The translations under genes were made by a program, and so were the position numbers. From an uncultured Spirochaetota bacterium (GTDB lineage Bacteria > Spirochaetota > Brevinematia > Brevinematales > JAOACQ01), in the NCBI GenBank assembly GCA_963783575.1, contig CAWAOD010000006.1, forward strand, positions 95,758 through 159,757: a stretch of 64,000 nucleotides of DNA, written 5' to 3'. Below the pieces are notes generated by a model, which worked only from the letters and a program-made list of their open reading frames with translations, was not told where the DNA came from and did not search any database. Of this stretch, positions 51,199 through 61,821 are shown piece after piece (within the stretch, counting starts at the first letter, position 1; each line of letters opens with the position of its first letter).

Positions 51199-51860
51199 AT
51201 GACAAAGAATAACCCCATACATGTATTGCTAGTTGAGGATAATCCGAATGATGTTGCATTGATGAATGAATATATTAAAGAAATTAACAGTAATATACAT
51301 ATTTTAACGACTTATGAATTAAATTATACGGAAAACATGCGTGATACCGGTGATTATCTTTATAAAAATCATACCGATATAATTATTCTTGATCTTGACC
51401 TGCCAGATAGTACCGGGATCAAGACTCTTTCAAAGATCGGCGGTTATTTTAGGTATATACCGGTAATTATACTAACGGGCCATAATGATGAAAGTATGGG
51501 GATAGAATCAATTAAAATGGGGGTCAGGATTTTTTGATAAAAGGAAGCATTCAGCCTGAACTTTTATATAAATCCATGAGATATGCTGTTGAAAGATTTT
51601 CCATTTTAAAGGAGAAGGAAGATTTAATCAGAAAACTCGAGGATTCGGCATCAAAAGTTAAAACCCTGAGCGGGCTTATACCGATTTGTGCAAACTGTAA
51701 GAAAATCAGAAATGATAAAGGATACTGGGAATTGCTGGAGAATTACCTGCATTCGCATTCTGAGGCCGACTTTACTCATGGTATTTGCCCAGAATGCGAA
51801 AAACTACTTTATGACGATTTGAAAATGAAAAATCATAATAATTCAGTGCCGGTAAAGTAA
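51199..51860 (+). CDS. Response regulator with C-terminal Cys-rich domain, frameshifted near 51520
   Basis: LLVEDN...LDLDLPD joined to IKG...ICANCKKIRND-x-GYW...HGICPEC. Confidence 0.8.
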
Positions 51861-51880
51861 ATGATAATTATTTATAAAAG

Positions 51881-52792
51881 ATGGTGAATATGAAACAGGA
51901 AGATGCATTTAATATTATTCTTATTGAGGATAATCCGGATGACATCAAGCTTATCGAAACAATGATTTCCTGCAATAATGGTAAGTTTGGCGATGACGGT
52001 GAATTGGCGCTTATAAATTTTGAAAGCTTGAAACCGGCTAAACAATATCTTGAAAAAAATTGCGTCGATGTCATTTTACTTGATCTGGCGTTATCGGATA
52101 GTATTGGAATTAATACTATCGATAAGCTGAGGGAAACTCTCTTCAAAATTCCAGTGGTTATTTTAACCGGATCAAGCGACATCAATACTGCGGTGTATGC
52201 TCTTCAGAGAGGAGCTCAGGATTATCTTATTAAAGGAGAATTTGACGACAAATTGCTTATGCGGGTAATCCGGTATTCGATTGAAAGGCATAAACTGATA
52301 TCAAACCTGAAAGATCTTTCTCTGATTGATGAATTAACCGGGCTTTATAATCGCCGGGGTTTTTTATCCCTTGCAGAAAATCATTTGAAACTCATTAAAA
52401 GGAGATCCGGAGGGCACGCGGCTGTTTTATTCATTGACCTGGATAAATTGAAAGCGATTAATGATGAATACGGTCATAAAACGGGTGATAACGCTTTGAT
52501 TGATGCCGCAAACATACTGAAGGAAAGCTTTCGAGGTTCCGATATCGTCGGCAGGATAGGCGGCGACGAATTCGCTGTTTTTGTGCATGAACTTCTTGAA
52601 AAAGATTTCGGTAAATTATGTGAAAGAGTGGGGAAGTATACAAAGCAGATTAATCATCGCGGTAAAAAGAATTACCGGATTTCTTTAAGCATCGGAACGG
52701 CTTATTATAAACCCGAAAATATGCAGACAATTGAAGATTTACTGGTCGAAGCCGATCAATCCATGTATGAACAGAAAAAGAATAGAATGTAA
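51881..52792 (+). CDS. REC-GGDEF diguanylate cyclase
   Basis: DELTGLYNRRG, RGSD I-site, RIGGDEF. Confidence 0.92.
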   Translation: MVNMKQEDAFNIILIEDNPDDIKLIETMISCNNGKFGDDGELALINFESLKPAKQYLEKNCVDVILLDLALSDSIGINTIDKLRETLFKIPVVILTGSSDINTAVYALQRGAQDYLIKGEFDDKLLMRVIRYSIERHKLISNLKDLSLIDELTGLYNRRGFLSLAENHLKLIKRRSGGHAAVLFIDLDKLKAINDEYGHKTGDNALIDAANILKESFRGSDIVGRIGGDEFAVFVHELLEKDFGKLCERVGKYTKQINHRGKKNYRISLSIGTAYYKPENMQTIEDLLVEADQSMYEQKKNRM

Positions 52793-52821
52793 ATTCCTGA
52801 ATAAATATCTCCGGGTAAATA

Positions 52822-53493
52822 ATGGCTTTTATTAAATTGCCGGGCTTAATCGGGAAAGTATATGTCCCGGATAATGTTGAAACAAAAAAACATCCCTGCG
52901 GGGATTGCTTTTCCTGCCAATGGTGCACCGATTTACGCTGCCGGGTATGTATGCAAAGAAATAAAAAATATGTTTCGGAGGTTTATATGAAAAAGATTCT
53001 CAAAATGTTTACCTTCTATAATAAATCGGCAAACGAAAAATTGATTCAAATTCTGGTAGGCCTGACTGCCGATCAAATCAAAAAGGATTTGAACGGTTTT
53101 TATCATTCGATACTCGGAACATTTCAGCACATATTAAAAACCGATATTATGTGGCTTAAAAGGCTGAGGAAATCGTTTCCGGCAATTGCCTGCTTATCCG
53201 AAGACAATATTCCGGATTTAAAAACAGTCGAAAATGAGGATTATAAAGAACTTTTCCCTGTCAGAAGGAAGCTGGATGAAATATTTGAGTCTTTTTCCGG
53301 TGAGATTCAGGAAAAAGATCTTGAATCGGTAATTTCATATGCAAATATGAAAGGCGATAAAATAGAAAAGGAATTATGGCTCTGCCTGATCCATCTTTTC
53401 AACCACCAGACACACCACAGGGGCCAGATTGCAGTAATGCTTGATATGATCGGCGTTCAAAACGATTATTCGGGCATATTAAACTACCTTTAG
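52822..53493 (+). CDS. DinB-family protein (own start at 52987) preceded in frame by a Cys-rich mini-domain
   Basis: SILGTFQH, HLFNHQTHHRGQ; N-terminal CGDCFSCQWC-x4-CRVC. Confidence 0.8.
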   Translation: MAFIKLPGLIGKVYVPDNVETKKHPCGDCFSCQWCTDLRCRVCMQRNKKYVSEVYMKKILKMFTFYNKSANEKLIQILVGLTADQIKKDLNGFYHSILGTFQHILKTDIMWLKRLRKSFPAIACLSEDNIPDLKTVENEDYKELFPVRRKLDEIFESFSGEIQEKDLESVISYANMKGDKIEKELWLCLIHLFNHQTHHRGQIAVMLDMIGVQNDYSGILNYL

Positions 53494-53673
53494 CGAGATC
53501 GTGTCGTTGCGAACTATGCGCAATCGTTGCGCTGCCGAACTTGCGTTCGGCAATACTATTAAATTAAAAAAAGTTATCATGGAACATCCTTGTTCCCTAG
53601 GTAACTTTGGCCTAACGAATTATGCGCAATCGTTGCGCTGCCGGACTTGCGTTCGGTAATACTATTAAATTAA
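53494..53673. repeat. Palindromic MITE/REP-like element with a 58-bp direct repeat
   Basis: 53510-53567 and 53616-53673 differ at 3 nt; central hairpin ggaacatccttgttcc. Confidence 0.85.
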
Positions 53674-54051
53674 TAAATTTTCGAGTTCTGACTCCATAGA
53701 AAAATTCATGAACAAGCGGATATTTGCGTGGTTCCATATTTTCTTTACAGTTTTTGTCAATATCCCTTTATGGTTCTTTGTTAAAAGTTTACCCGCCGGC
53801 TTCAATATTCTATAGAACTCCCGGAAAACTCCAGGCTGGTATTCTTTGGGAATTTGGAATATTGAATAAAAAGAGATAATTCCGTCGCAAAAATTATCGG
53901 GTAAATTTGTATGAGCCATGTCGGCAAGATGAAATTTCATTCCCGGATGTATAAACCCGGCAATCTCGATGCATTTCTCCGAAATATCCAGACCATGAAC
54001 ATTGAACCTTTTATCGAACAAATAGCCGCCGATTTGTGCCGATGGCCTGCA
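53665..54051 (-). pseudogene. Class I SAM methyltransferase fragment
   Basis: Begins at a degenerate motif I (CRPSAQIG), then GLDISE, ADM, ILKPAG; no N-terminus. Confidence 0.7.
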
Positions 54052-54313
54052 GCTATTAAATTGAAAAAATAATAAAATATTCGAATCTTCCCGGTTTCTG
54101 CGTTATAATTAACCGGGCTGGATTATTTAATAATTTTAAATATTTATTTTAATTTTAGCAAATTCATCGCATGGTTTTCTGATAATGAACTGGAATGTCT
54201 CAGATTGGCCATTGCCTGATTTTCATAATTTGATTATATTATAATATAAGGTTAAAAACTTCATCAATTATTAACAGGCACTTCTAAAAATGAATTTTAG
54301 TGTCCTTTGAAAT

Positions 54314-54868
54314 ATGGAGAGAAAAAATATGTCAATCGCTACCGAAATAAAAAATGTTATTCCTGAAATTAAGAAAATAGATCTGGGTACAAGGATTCTT
54401 CATGACAGTTTTGAGCTTGGAATTTTTATGAAAGGAATTAACGGGCTGCTGGAAATTGCAGGGGGGATCCTTCTTATGTTCATAAGTCCTGTGAGACTGG
54501 ATAGAATTATCAAGCTTTTAACCCAGCATGAACTGGCAATAGATCCTAATAATTTTTTAGCGAATTTTATTCTTCATTTAAGTCATGGCTTTTCGGTCAG
54601 CGCTCAGCATTTCGGTGTTATTTATCTTATATCTCACGGGATTGTTAAAATAATCCTATTTGTTATGCTCTGGAAAAAAATATTATGGTCTTATCCATTA
54701 TCCATTATTTTCTTTATTCTTTTTATTGGCTACCAGATGTACCGGTATGCTTACCATCATTCCATATGGATGATAATTCTGACGGTCTTTGATCTGATTA
54801 TAATATTTTTAGTGTGGAACGAATATTTAAGGATCAAGGCTAAACAGGCGGGATTAATTGTCAAATAG
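54314..54868 (+). CDS. DUF2127-like membrane protein
   Basis: KGINGLLEIAGG, YLISHGIVK, FD-x7-W-x-EY. Confidence 0.75.
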   Translation: MERKNMSIATEIKNVIPEIKKIDLGTRILHDSFELGIFMKGINGLLEIAGGILLMFISPVRLDRIIKLLTQHELAIDPNNFLANFILHLSHGFSVSAQHFGVIYLISHGIVKIILFVMLWKKILWSYPLSIIFFILFIGYQMYRYAYHHSIWMIILTVFDLIIIFLVWNEYLRIKAKQAGLIVK

Positions 54869-54875
54869 AGGAATT

Positions 54876-55757
54876 ATGAATTACGTAGAAGATTTTGAGA
54901 TTTACCTGTCGTATGAAAAACATCTCTCAAAAAATTCAATTTTAGCCTATAAAGCAGATATCACCGAATTTTTTTTATTTTTAGGGCGAGATGTTAACCC
55001 GGAAAAAATTTCCAGGGATGATCTTCTTGAATTCATCATAAACCTTAACGAGAACCAGATATCAAACCGGAGCATTTCAAGGAAGATAAGCAGCCTTAAA
55101 AGCTTTTTTATATATCTTTTAAAATTGGAAAAAATTACGGAAAATCCGGTTGAACTGATTGATTCTCCCCAGTATCTTAAAAAGCTTCCCAATTATCTTT
55201 CGCTTGAAGAGGTTGAGACGATGATAAACCTAGAAGGTAATTCTCCTTCGGGAATCAGGGACTCCTGTATCATAGAATTGATGTATTCGTCCGGATTGAG
55301 GGTTTCGGAACTATGCGGGGTAAAAATCGGGGACATATCATTTGAAAACAGGGTTATTAGGGTATTCGGAAAAGGAAGTAAGGAAAGGATTATCCCTATA
55401 GGAACTGCCGCGCTTGAAAGAGTAAAGAAATATTTGATTTATAGAAAAGAGTTTACAGGCAGGGCTTTTTCATCGGACTATTTAATCCTTTCGCGTCTGG
55501 GGAAAAAGATTTCAAGAGTTTCAGTTTGGTCGATCATCAAAAAAAGGGCCCGCTCGGCGGGAATTATAAAAGACATTACTCCGCATACCCTCAGGCACAG
55601 TTTCGCGACGCATTTGATTAACGGAGGCGCCGACCTCCGCGCCGTTCAGGAAATGCTCGGACATTCCGATATTTCAACAACTCAGATTTATACTCATGTT
55701 TCATCGGAACTATTAAAGGAGACCCACAGAAAATTTCACCCCCTTGAATCCGAATAA
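54876..55757 (+). CDS. xerD: Tyrosine recombinase XerD
   Basis: LS-x-NS-x2-AY, GLRVSEL, GKGSKER, TPHTLRHSFATHL, LGHSDISTTQIYTH. Confidence 0.88.
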   Translation: MNYVEDFEIYLSYEKHLSKNSILAYKADITEFFLFLGRDVNPEKISRDDLLEFIINLNENQISNRSISRKISSLKSFFIYLLKLEKITENPVELIDSPQYLKKLPNYLSLEEVETMINLEGNSPSGIRDSCIIELMYSSGLRVSELCGVKIGDISFENRVIRVFGKGSKERIIPIGTAALERVKKYLIYRKEFTGRAFSSDYLILSRLGKKISRVSVWSIIKKRARSAGIIKDITPHTLRHSFATHLINGGADLRAVQEMLGHSDISTTQIYTHVSSELLKETHRKFHPLESE

Positions 55758-55776
55758 TCCATTTTAGGAGGTTAAT

Positions 55777-56574
55777 ATGGATCAAAATAAATTTGTGCTG
55801 ATAACAGGCGCATCAGCAGGGATAGGATTTGAAATGGCAAGGATTTTTTCAGCCAGGGGATATTCATTGATACTTGCCAGCCGCAACCTCAAAAAACTCG
55901 AGGAAGTCAAAAAGGAGATGGAGTCCTTATACAGGGTCAAGGTTTTTATTATTTCTGCAGATCTTTCAAAAGCCGATGCTGCTGAAAAATTATATTTTGA
56001 AATTGAAAAGATGGGAATAAGTGTTGAAATTCTTGTTAACAACGCAGGCTCGGGCTTAATTGGAGAGAGCGTTGAGAAAAATACCCATGAAATTGAGAAC
56101 ATGCTTACTCTTAATATATTATCACTAACAACGCTATGCAATCTTTTTGGAAAGAAAATGAAAGAAAGGGGATCAGGTAAAATCTTAAATGTCGGTTCTT
56201 TGATCGGATTTTACCCGGTACCATGGTTTTCATCATATGCGGCAAGTAAGAGCTACGTATTGAGCTATTCCATTGCTTTAAGAAGCGAGCTTAAAAGTTA
56301 CGGGATTGTTGTAACCTGTCTTCTTCCGGGATTTGTAAAAACAAACTTTGACGATAATGCCGGTATAACAAGCTCTAAATACAAAAAATACTCGAATTCG
56401 AATTCTACCCCGCCGGGAAAAGTTGCCGCCACAGGAGTTAAAGCCTTATTTGCCGGGAAAGCCTTTGTCGTTGCGGGATTCGGGAATAAGATTTTACGTC
56501 TTTTATCATCGGCTATGCCGCGTAAAACGATCGCAGGATTATTCAAGTCTTTTATATCGGGTATGCTTAAGTAA
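55777..56574 (+). CDS. Short-chain dehydrogenase/reductase
   Basis: TGASAGIG, NNAG, YAASK. Confidence 0.9.
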   Translation: MDQNKFVLITGASAGIGFEMARIFSARGYSLILASRNLKKLEEVKKEMESLYRVKVFIISADLSKADAAEKLYFEIEKMGISVEILVNNAGSGLIGESVEKNTHEIENMLTLNILSLTTLCNLFGKKMKERGSGKILNVGSLIGFYPVPWFSSYAASKSYVLSYSIALRSELKSYGIVVTCLLPGFVKTNFDDNAGITSSKYKKYSNSNSTPPGKVAATGVKALFAGKAFVVAGFGNKILRLLSSAMPRKTIAGLFKSFISGMLK

Positions 56575-56588
56575 AAAACAGCAAACTC

Positions 56589-56617
56589 TTGCAACAGTTA
56601 TTAACTTATTATATAAT
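56589..56617 (+). promoter_or_regulatory. Sigma70 promoter of tRNA-Ala
   Basis: TTGCAA-N17-TATAAT. Confidence 0.7.
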
Positions 56618-56629
56618 AATCGACTTAAT

Positions 56630-56702
56630 GGGGATGTAACTCAGCTGGGAGAGTACCACAATGGCATTGTGGGAGCCGAGGGTTCAAATCCCTTCATCTC
56701 CA
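56630..56702 (+). tRNA. tRNA-Ala(GGC), CCA not encoded
   Basis: GGGGATG/CATCTCC acceptor with G3:U70; CCACA-ATGGCAT-TGTGG anticodon arm; GTTCAAAT. Confidence 0.95.
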
Positions 56703-56732
56703 AATTTATCCATCATACCGTTGCAGAATAAG

Positions 56733-56768
56733 AAGCTCCCGTTTTATGATGCGGGAGCTTTTATTATT
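56733..56768 (+). terminator. Intrinsic terminator after tRNA-Ala
   Basis: aagctcccg...cgggagctt stem followed by a T-rich tract. Confidence 0.7.
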
Positions 56769-56909
56769 TTAATTCAAAATCAAAAAACAAGTATACTTTT
56801 CATATTGACAAATAATAATAAATGTTATAATATTATCGAAATGTTTTAATATTAAAACCCATTTCTCTCTTGACATCGCTTCCTAATTTTAATTTAGTTA
56901 CAACAATTC

Positions 56910-58046
56910 TAGTGCTTAATTGCGTAAGTTAACGATAGTATTTCTTAATTGAGAACCTTTCACTTCCCGTTTTCTCCACACAAAAGGTTTTGCGGTTTCA
57001 GTGTATGCTTTAACAAATGCATCTATTGCTTCTCTCAATTCTTCCGTGTTTTTAAAACTGGCGCCTCTAAGAGCTTTTCGGCTCATAATACCAAACCATA
57101 TTTCCACCTGATTTAACCAACTTGCCGAAGTAGGCGTGTAATGAAAAAAAACATTCTTATTCCGGGATAACCATTCATCGTTCTTTTTGTGAATACAATA
57201 ATTGTCTAAAATTACATGAATTTCTTTATCTTTTGAAACATCTACCACCACTCTATCCATAAACTCAAGAAATTCAATACGTCTTTTGTATTCAGTAGTT
57301 TGGGTGTGTATTAACCCTGTAGCTACTTCCAGCGCAGCAAATAGGTTCAGCGTTCCATTTCTTTTATATGTACTTTTGTATCCTCTTACAATTTTTCCAT
57401 TATCCGTCTCTACATAGCCGGTTGTCCTTTCCAACGCTTGAATACCAGGTTTTTCGTCTACAGATATAACCAATGCATTCATCGGCGGATTTAAATACAA
57501 CCCAATAATATTTGTGGCTTTTGTCGAAAATTCAGGATCAGTGCTGACACACCAACTTCGCTGTCGGGATAAGCAAATTCCTTCTTTTCTTAAAACCCTC
57601 CATACCGCATGCGTTGATGTGTTTAAATGTTTTGCTAAAGCCGGACCATCCCAAATTGCCTGCCCGATAGGCGGTGTTTTTTCCAGAGTTTCTAAAACTT
57701 TGTCCCTGAAATTCTGCCCATATATTTTTGGCTTTCCTGACCTGGGCAGATCATACAATCCATCAATTCCTTTTTGCTGAAATCTTTTTTTCCAATCAAT
57801 AACCGTATTTGGTCTTATGTGAAGGTCAGCCGCAATCTCAGATACATTTTGTCCTTTCAGGCTATTGACAATTATTTTCGCCCTCTCTACAAGTCGCGCT
57901 TCCATAGTTCGGCTTCTCACCCAACTATCAAGAATAATTTCATCCGCTTTGGTGCATGTTATAACTTGCGTTTTCTTAGACATACAACCTCCTTTTTTAT
58001 GTCTAAGATTATAATTAATAACGCTTATTATTGCAATTAAGCACTA
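56910..58046 (-). mobile_element. IS630-family insertion sequence inserted at a CTAG site
   Basis: Ends cTAgtgcttaattgc (56909-56923) and gcaattaagcacTAg (58033-58047). Confidence 0.9.
56916..57983 (-). CDS. IS630-family transposase
   Basis: HTH, SVDEKPGIQAL, YKRNGT, ILDNY-x2-HK, SWLNQVE. Confidence 0.93.
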   Translation of the reverse strand: MSKKTQVITCTKADEIILDSWVRSRTMEARLVERAKIIVNSLKGQNVSEIAADLHIRPNTVIDWKKRFQQKGIDGLYDLPRSGKPKIYGQNFRDKVLETLEKTPPIGQAIWDGPALAKHLNTSTHAVWRVLRKEGICLSRQRSWCVSTDPEFSTKATNIIGLYLNPPMNALVISVDEKPGIQALERTTGYVETDNGKIVRGYKSTYKRNGTLNLFAALEVATGLIHTQTTEYKRRIEFLEFMDRVVVDVSKDKEIHVILDNYCIHKKNDEWLSRNKNVFFHYTPTSASWLNQVEIWFGIMSRKALRGASFKNTEELREAIDAFVKAYTETAKPFVWRKREVKGSQLRNTIVNLRN

Positions 58047-60319
58047 GCAGTTCGAGCAGCGGGCAGAGTTCAGCTTCAATTAATAATACCCCGCCGGTTA
58101 TTAATATAACATCGCCGACAAATGGCGAAAAAATAGGAACAAATTTCACTGTGACAGGAAGCTTTACAAACGGGGGTTCCGAGGTAACCAATATCTGTAT
58201 ATATATTTCATTAAATGGAAGCGGTGTTACCAATATTTATAATGCTCCGAGGTTAAATAATACTTTTTCTTCAACTCTCAACTTGCCCTCATACGGTTTT
58301 TATTACTTATGCGCGAAAGCGCTGGATTTAAACGGCAATACTGGAATATCGGCAGCAATAATGATAAATGCCGCACAGGTTCCATCAATAACAGTTTCTT
58401 CCCCGCTCAACAGCGGAATTATTATTACCAATAGCCAGCTTATTACGTTCACCGGGACGGCAGGTTTAACGGGCGCGTCGATTACAAATGTAATAACGGT
58501 TATAAACGGAGCAACCAATAGCGCAGTGGGTACGAATAGTTGGTCATATGCGGCCTCTCTAGCTGCTAACCAGACAAACAGCATAATCATCTTTGCTTTG
58601 TCCGATAACGGCGAGAAAAGCCAGGACTTAGGGTTTACTATACTCGTCGATACGGTTCAGCCTGTAGTTACTGTATAGCCAATTCCTCAATATACAAATT
58701 CAGGAAGTTTTACCGTAACCGCGCCTGCTAGCGATAATTTTATTGGGATATCTAACTGTTATTACCGTAAAGACAACAGCAGCATATCACCTTTTACAAA
58801 TGGTATTACATTAAACGGCCTTACGGATGGCAGCCATACGCTCGAAGCCTGGGCTGTCGATTATGCCGGAAATACAAGTTTAACGCAAAGCGCGGCCTTT
58901 GTTGTCGACACAGTGAAACCGACGGTGGCTATTACAAGCCCTGCCGGCGGAATGTTAACCAATTCGTCGAATATTACCGTTATAACCGGAACAACAAACG
59001 ACGCTTCTCCGTCAAGCGGTATAAAATCGTTTAATGTATGGCTAAACGGGGTACAGGAAACAATCTCCGGAAACTGGCTGGTAATTGTTGCGAATTTTAC
59101 CGCAAATATTACAAACACAGTCATCGCCGAGATTGAAGACAACGCCGGCAATATCAGTAGGGCGACAAACCTTGTTGTAGTTGATACTACGCCCCCCACC
59201 TGCACGATTCTGTCGCCGGCTAACAATCAATTGGTCGGGCAGCATTTTCAATTGAATATTTTGAACAGCGATAACATGAGATTATATCAATTATCTATAC
59301 TGACAAACGGAGTACTTTACACAAATATTATTAACCCGGGAAATTCAGTCAATTTAGCGATGGGTTTTTCTGTAAGCACTTCAAATAAAATACAGGCTTT
59401 TACGGTCGATACGGCAGGTAATTACAGCATTACTAATTCGGTCAGCATTTCAAATGTCTTCACCGGGGCCCAATTTTACGAGGCGACTCCCAACGCAGCA
59501 TTTCATTCGAGGGAATACCACACCAGCCTGACGAACAATAATTTGATGTGGGTAATAGCGGGATGTCCGAACTCCGGTGGTACGAATGACGTATGGTATT
59601 CTTCGGACGGGACGAACTGGAATTGCGCGACCAATGCCGCTGCTTTTCCTGCAAGAAACTCTCAATCCGGAGTTTTATTTAAAGGCAGTATGTGGGTGAT
59701 AGGGGGTTACAGTGCCAGTGGTACGACTAATGATGTATGGTATTCTTCCGATGGGACGAACTGGTTCTGCGCGACGAATAATGCGGCTTTTTCCGCCAGA
59801 TGCAGTCATGCAAGCGTTGTATTTAACGGTAATATGTGGGTGATCGGCGGCGGCAGCGCTGTCGATATGAACGATGTATGGTATTCTCCGGACGGGACCA
59901 ACTGGAATCGTGCTACATCTGCCGCGGCTTTTTCAATCAGGGACTCTTTTACCTCCCTGGTTTATGATAATAAGATTTGGGTGATTGGAGGTTTGGTTTC
60001 TGGAACAACAAAAACAAATGATGTTTGGTATTCATCCGATGGAACCAACTGGACCTGCGCAACGAATGAAGCGTCTTTTTCCGGCAGGTATCTTTCGGCA
60101 GGAACAGTATTTGACAATAAAATGTGGGTGATCGGCGGAAGCTCAAGCATGAGTCTCAATGATGTATGGTGTTCTACAAAAGGTACAAACTGGACTTGCG
60201 CAACTAATAGTGCAGGATTTTCAACAAGGGACGGTCATGCTGTGCTGCCGTTCAATAATACTATCTGGGTTATCGGCGGCAATGGCGGCTCAGGTAACGA
60301 CGTCTGGTATGGGGAATAG
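58047..60319 (+). pseudogene. Ig-like (Big) repeat plus Kelch-like beta-propeller surface protein, lacking a start and with an in-frame TAG at 58676-58678
   Basis: ORFs 58031..58678 and 58913..60319 share a frame and the gap translates openly; DT-x2-P-x-V-x-I-x-SP repeats; six WVIGG...NDVWYS-x-DG-x-NW-type repeats. Confidence 0.8.
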
Positions 60320-60340
60320 ATTACGGCCGGGAATATATTT

Positions 60341-61528
60341 CTACGCAAATCCCGGCCAGGGCTGGCCGCAGAGCATTAATTGGTAGCAGCGGTTACAGGC
60401 AGGGAAAAGACCGTTAGGGCTTTCCTTGAGAGCTTTTCTGTATTTGACAGCCTTACTGTCATTATAAATTTTCAAAAGATCGTTTTCCATTATGTTGCCG
60501 ATCGAATAATCAGGGTAATCCGCGCAAAAATAAACTTCGCCGTTATAATCAATATTTGTGGAGAACCAGGGCGCAAGGCATCTGTAACGGACAAGCTCCT
60601 CAAGTTCCGCATAATACATCCCGATTTTTTGCATGCCTGATCACGGGAACAGTTATAATCGGGTAGCCGTTATCAATACTATGAACTTTTTCAAGGATTT
60701 TACCGAATTTTTCCCCATCAATCCCCTCATTAAAGCCGCTTGTAAACCCTTTCCAATAAGCAGGCTCTATCCCTAGTTTTTTCCTGACCCATTTTGTATG
60801 GGTATCACCGATTTCATTCGTCGTATAGGTGCCGAGGTTTATGATATGCCAGGACAGGCCTTTGTCTGCCATAGCTTCCGCAAGTTTATCAAGATACATA
60901 TAGTTCATATTACTTATGGTTGTTACTATTCCGACATAAGGCAATTTTGAACCCCGTGATTTTTTTTCTTTTTTCAGAGCGTCAATTCCCGCCATAACAC
61001 GCTGATATGTTCCTTTTCCCCTTATCGAATCGTTTACATCTTCAAATCCGTCGAGAGAAATAAAAATTGCCGTCCATTTATCCCGTACTATCCTTTCGGC
61101 ATTTTCAGCCAGGAATGTCCCATTTGTATTTATCGTGAACATAATTTTTTTTGACATATACCCCGCCAGATCCATAAAATTCGGGTATAAAAACGGTTCG
61201 CCTCCCCATACGTAAAAAACCTTGGTTTTTCCTGCTACTTCATCGGTTAATTTCTATATCTTTCTATGGGAACAATCTTACCGGCTTCTTCCTTTACCCT
61301 GTCCTTAAGTGTTCCATTTATTCCGTTCTGTCCGCACATAACGCAGTGGAGGTTGCAGACCGGTGTAATTTTGAAGGTGATTAGAGGGATATGACCGCTT
61401 TTTCCTTTATTAAAATTATAATCGAACAATCTGGCTCTGGTGACATCCGTAAATGCCTGCGCAAGCTTTATTGCCATCCGGGGATTGTCTTTCAGAACCT
61501 GAGTAATTACAGAAGAATTTTTCTTCAT
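60341..61528 (-). CDS. Radical SAM/SPASM protein, two frameshifts
   Basis: CNLHCVMC, WGGEP, NTNG, ISLDG, C-x-APW...GEVYFC-x-D...CNRC across three ORFs. Confidence 0.85.
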
Positions 61529-61821
61529 GTGATGCCGCCTTTAATTTAATAGAGTAAAATTGTAAGTTTAATTCAAATAAATGTCCAGATAGATATGTAT
61601 TTATTTATTGTCCGATCGGTAGTTATGGTTAATTGTTATCGGCGGTTTGAAGAGGTCTTCCCGATCTTCCATGGACTATTTTGTAAGCATAAATTATAAT
61701 TTGAGTTTTTGCAGTATCGCCATAAATAATGTAAAATAATAATTCTTAAAATTCCGGCAAAAACCGGACTGTTTTACCGGAAATCAAAAGACATAGTGTC
61801 ATCGGTTATCGGAGGATTTAT

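Noticed and set aside
53510..53673. Possible mini-CRISPR (repeat-spacer-repeat)
   Set aside because: Only two 58-bp repeats, too long for CRISPR; the spacer belongs to a dispersed element; no cas genes
54876..55757. Phage or island integrase
   Set aside because: Size and motifs fit housekeeping XerD; no arm-binding domain or cargo
10767..58678. Stop-codon reassignment suggested by in-frame stops in rsgA and the Ig/Kelch gene
   Set aside because: Different codons (TAA, TAG), and all three stop codons end normal genes here
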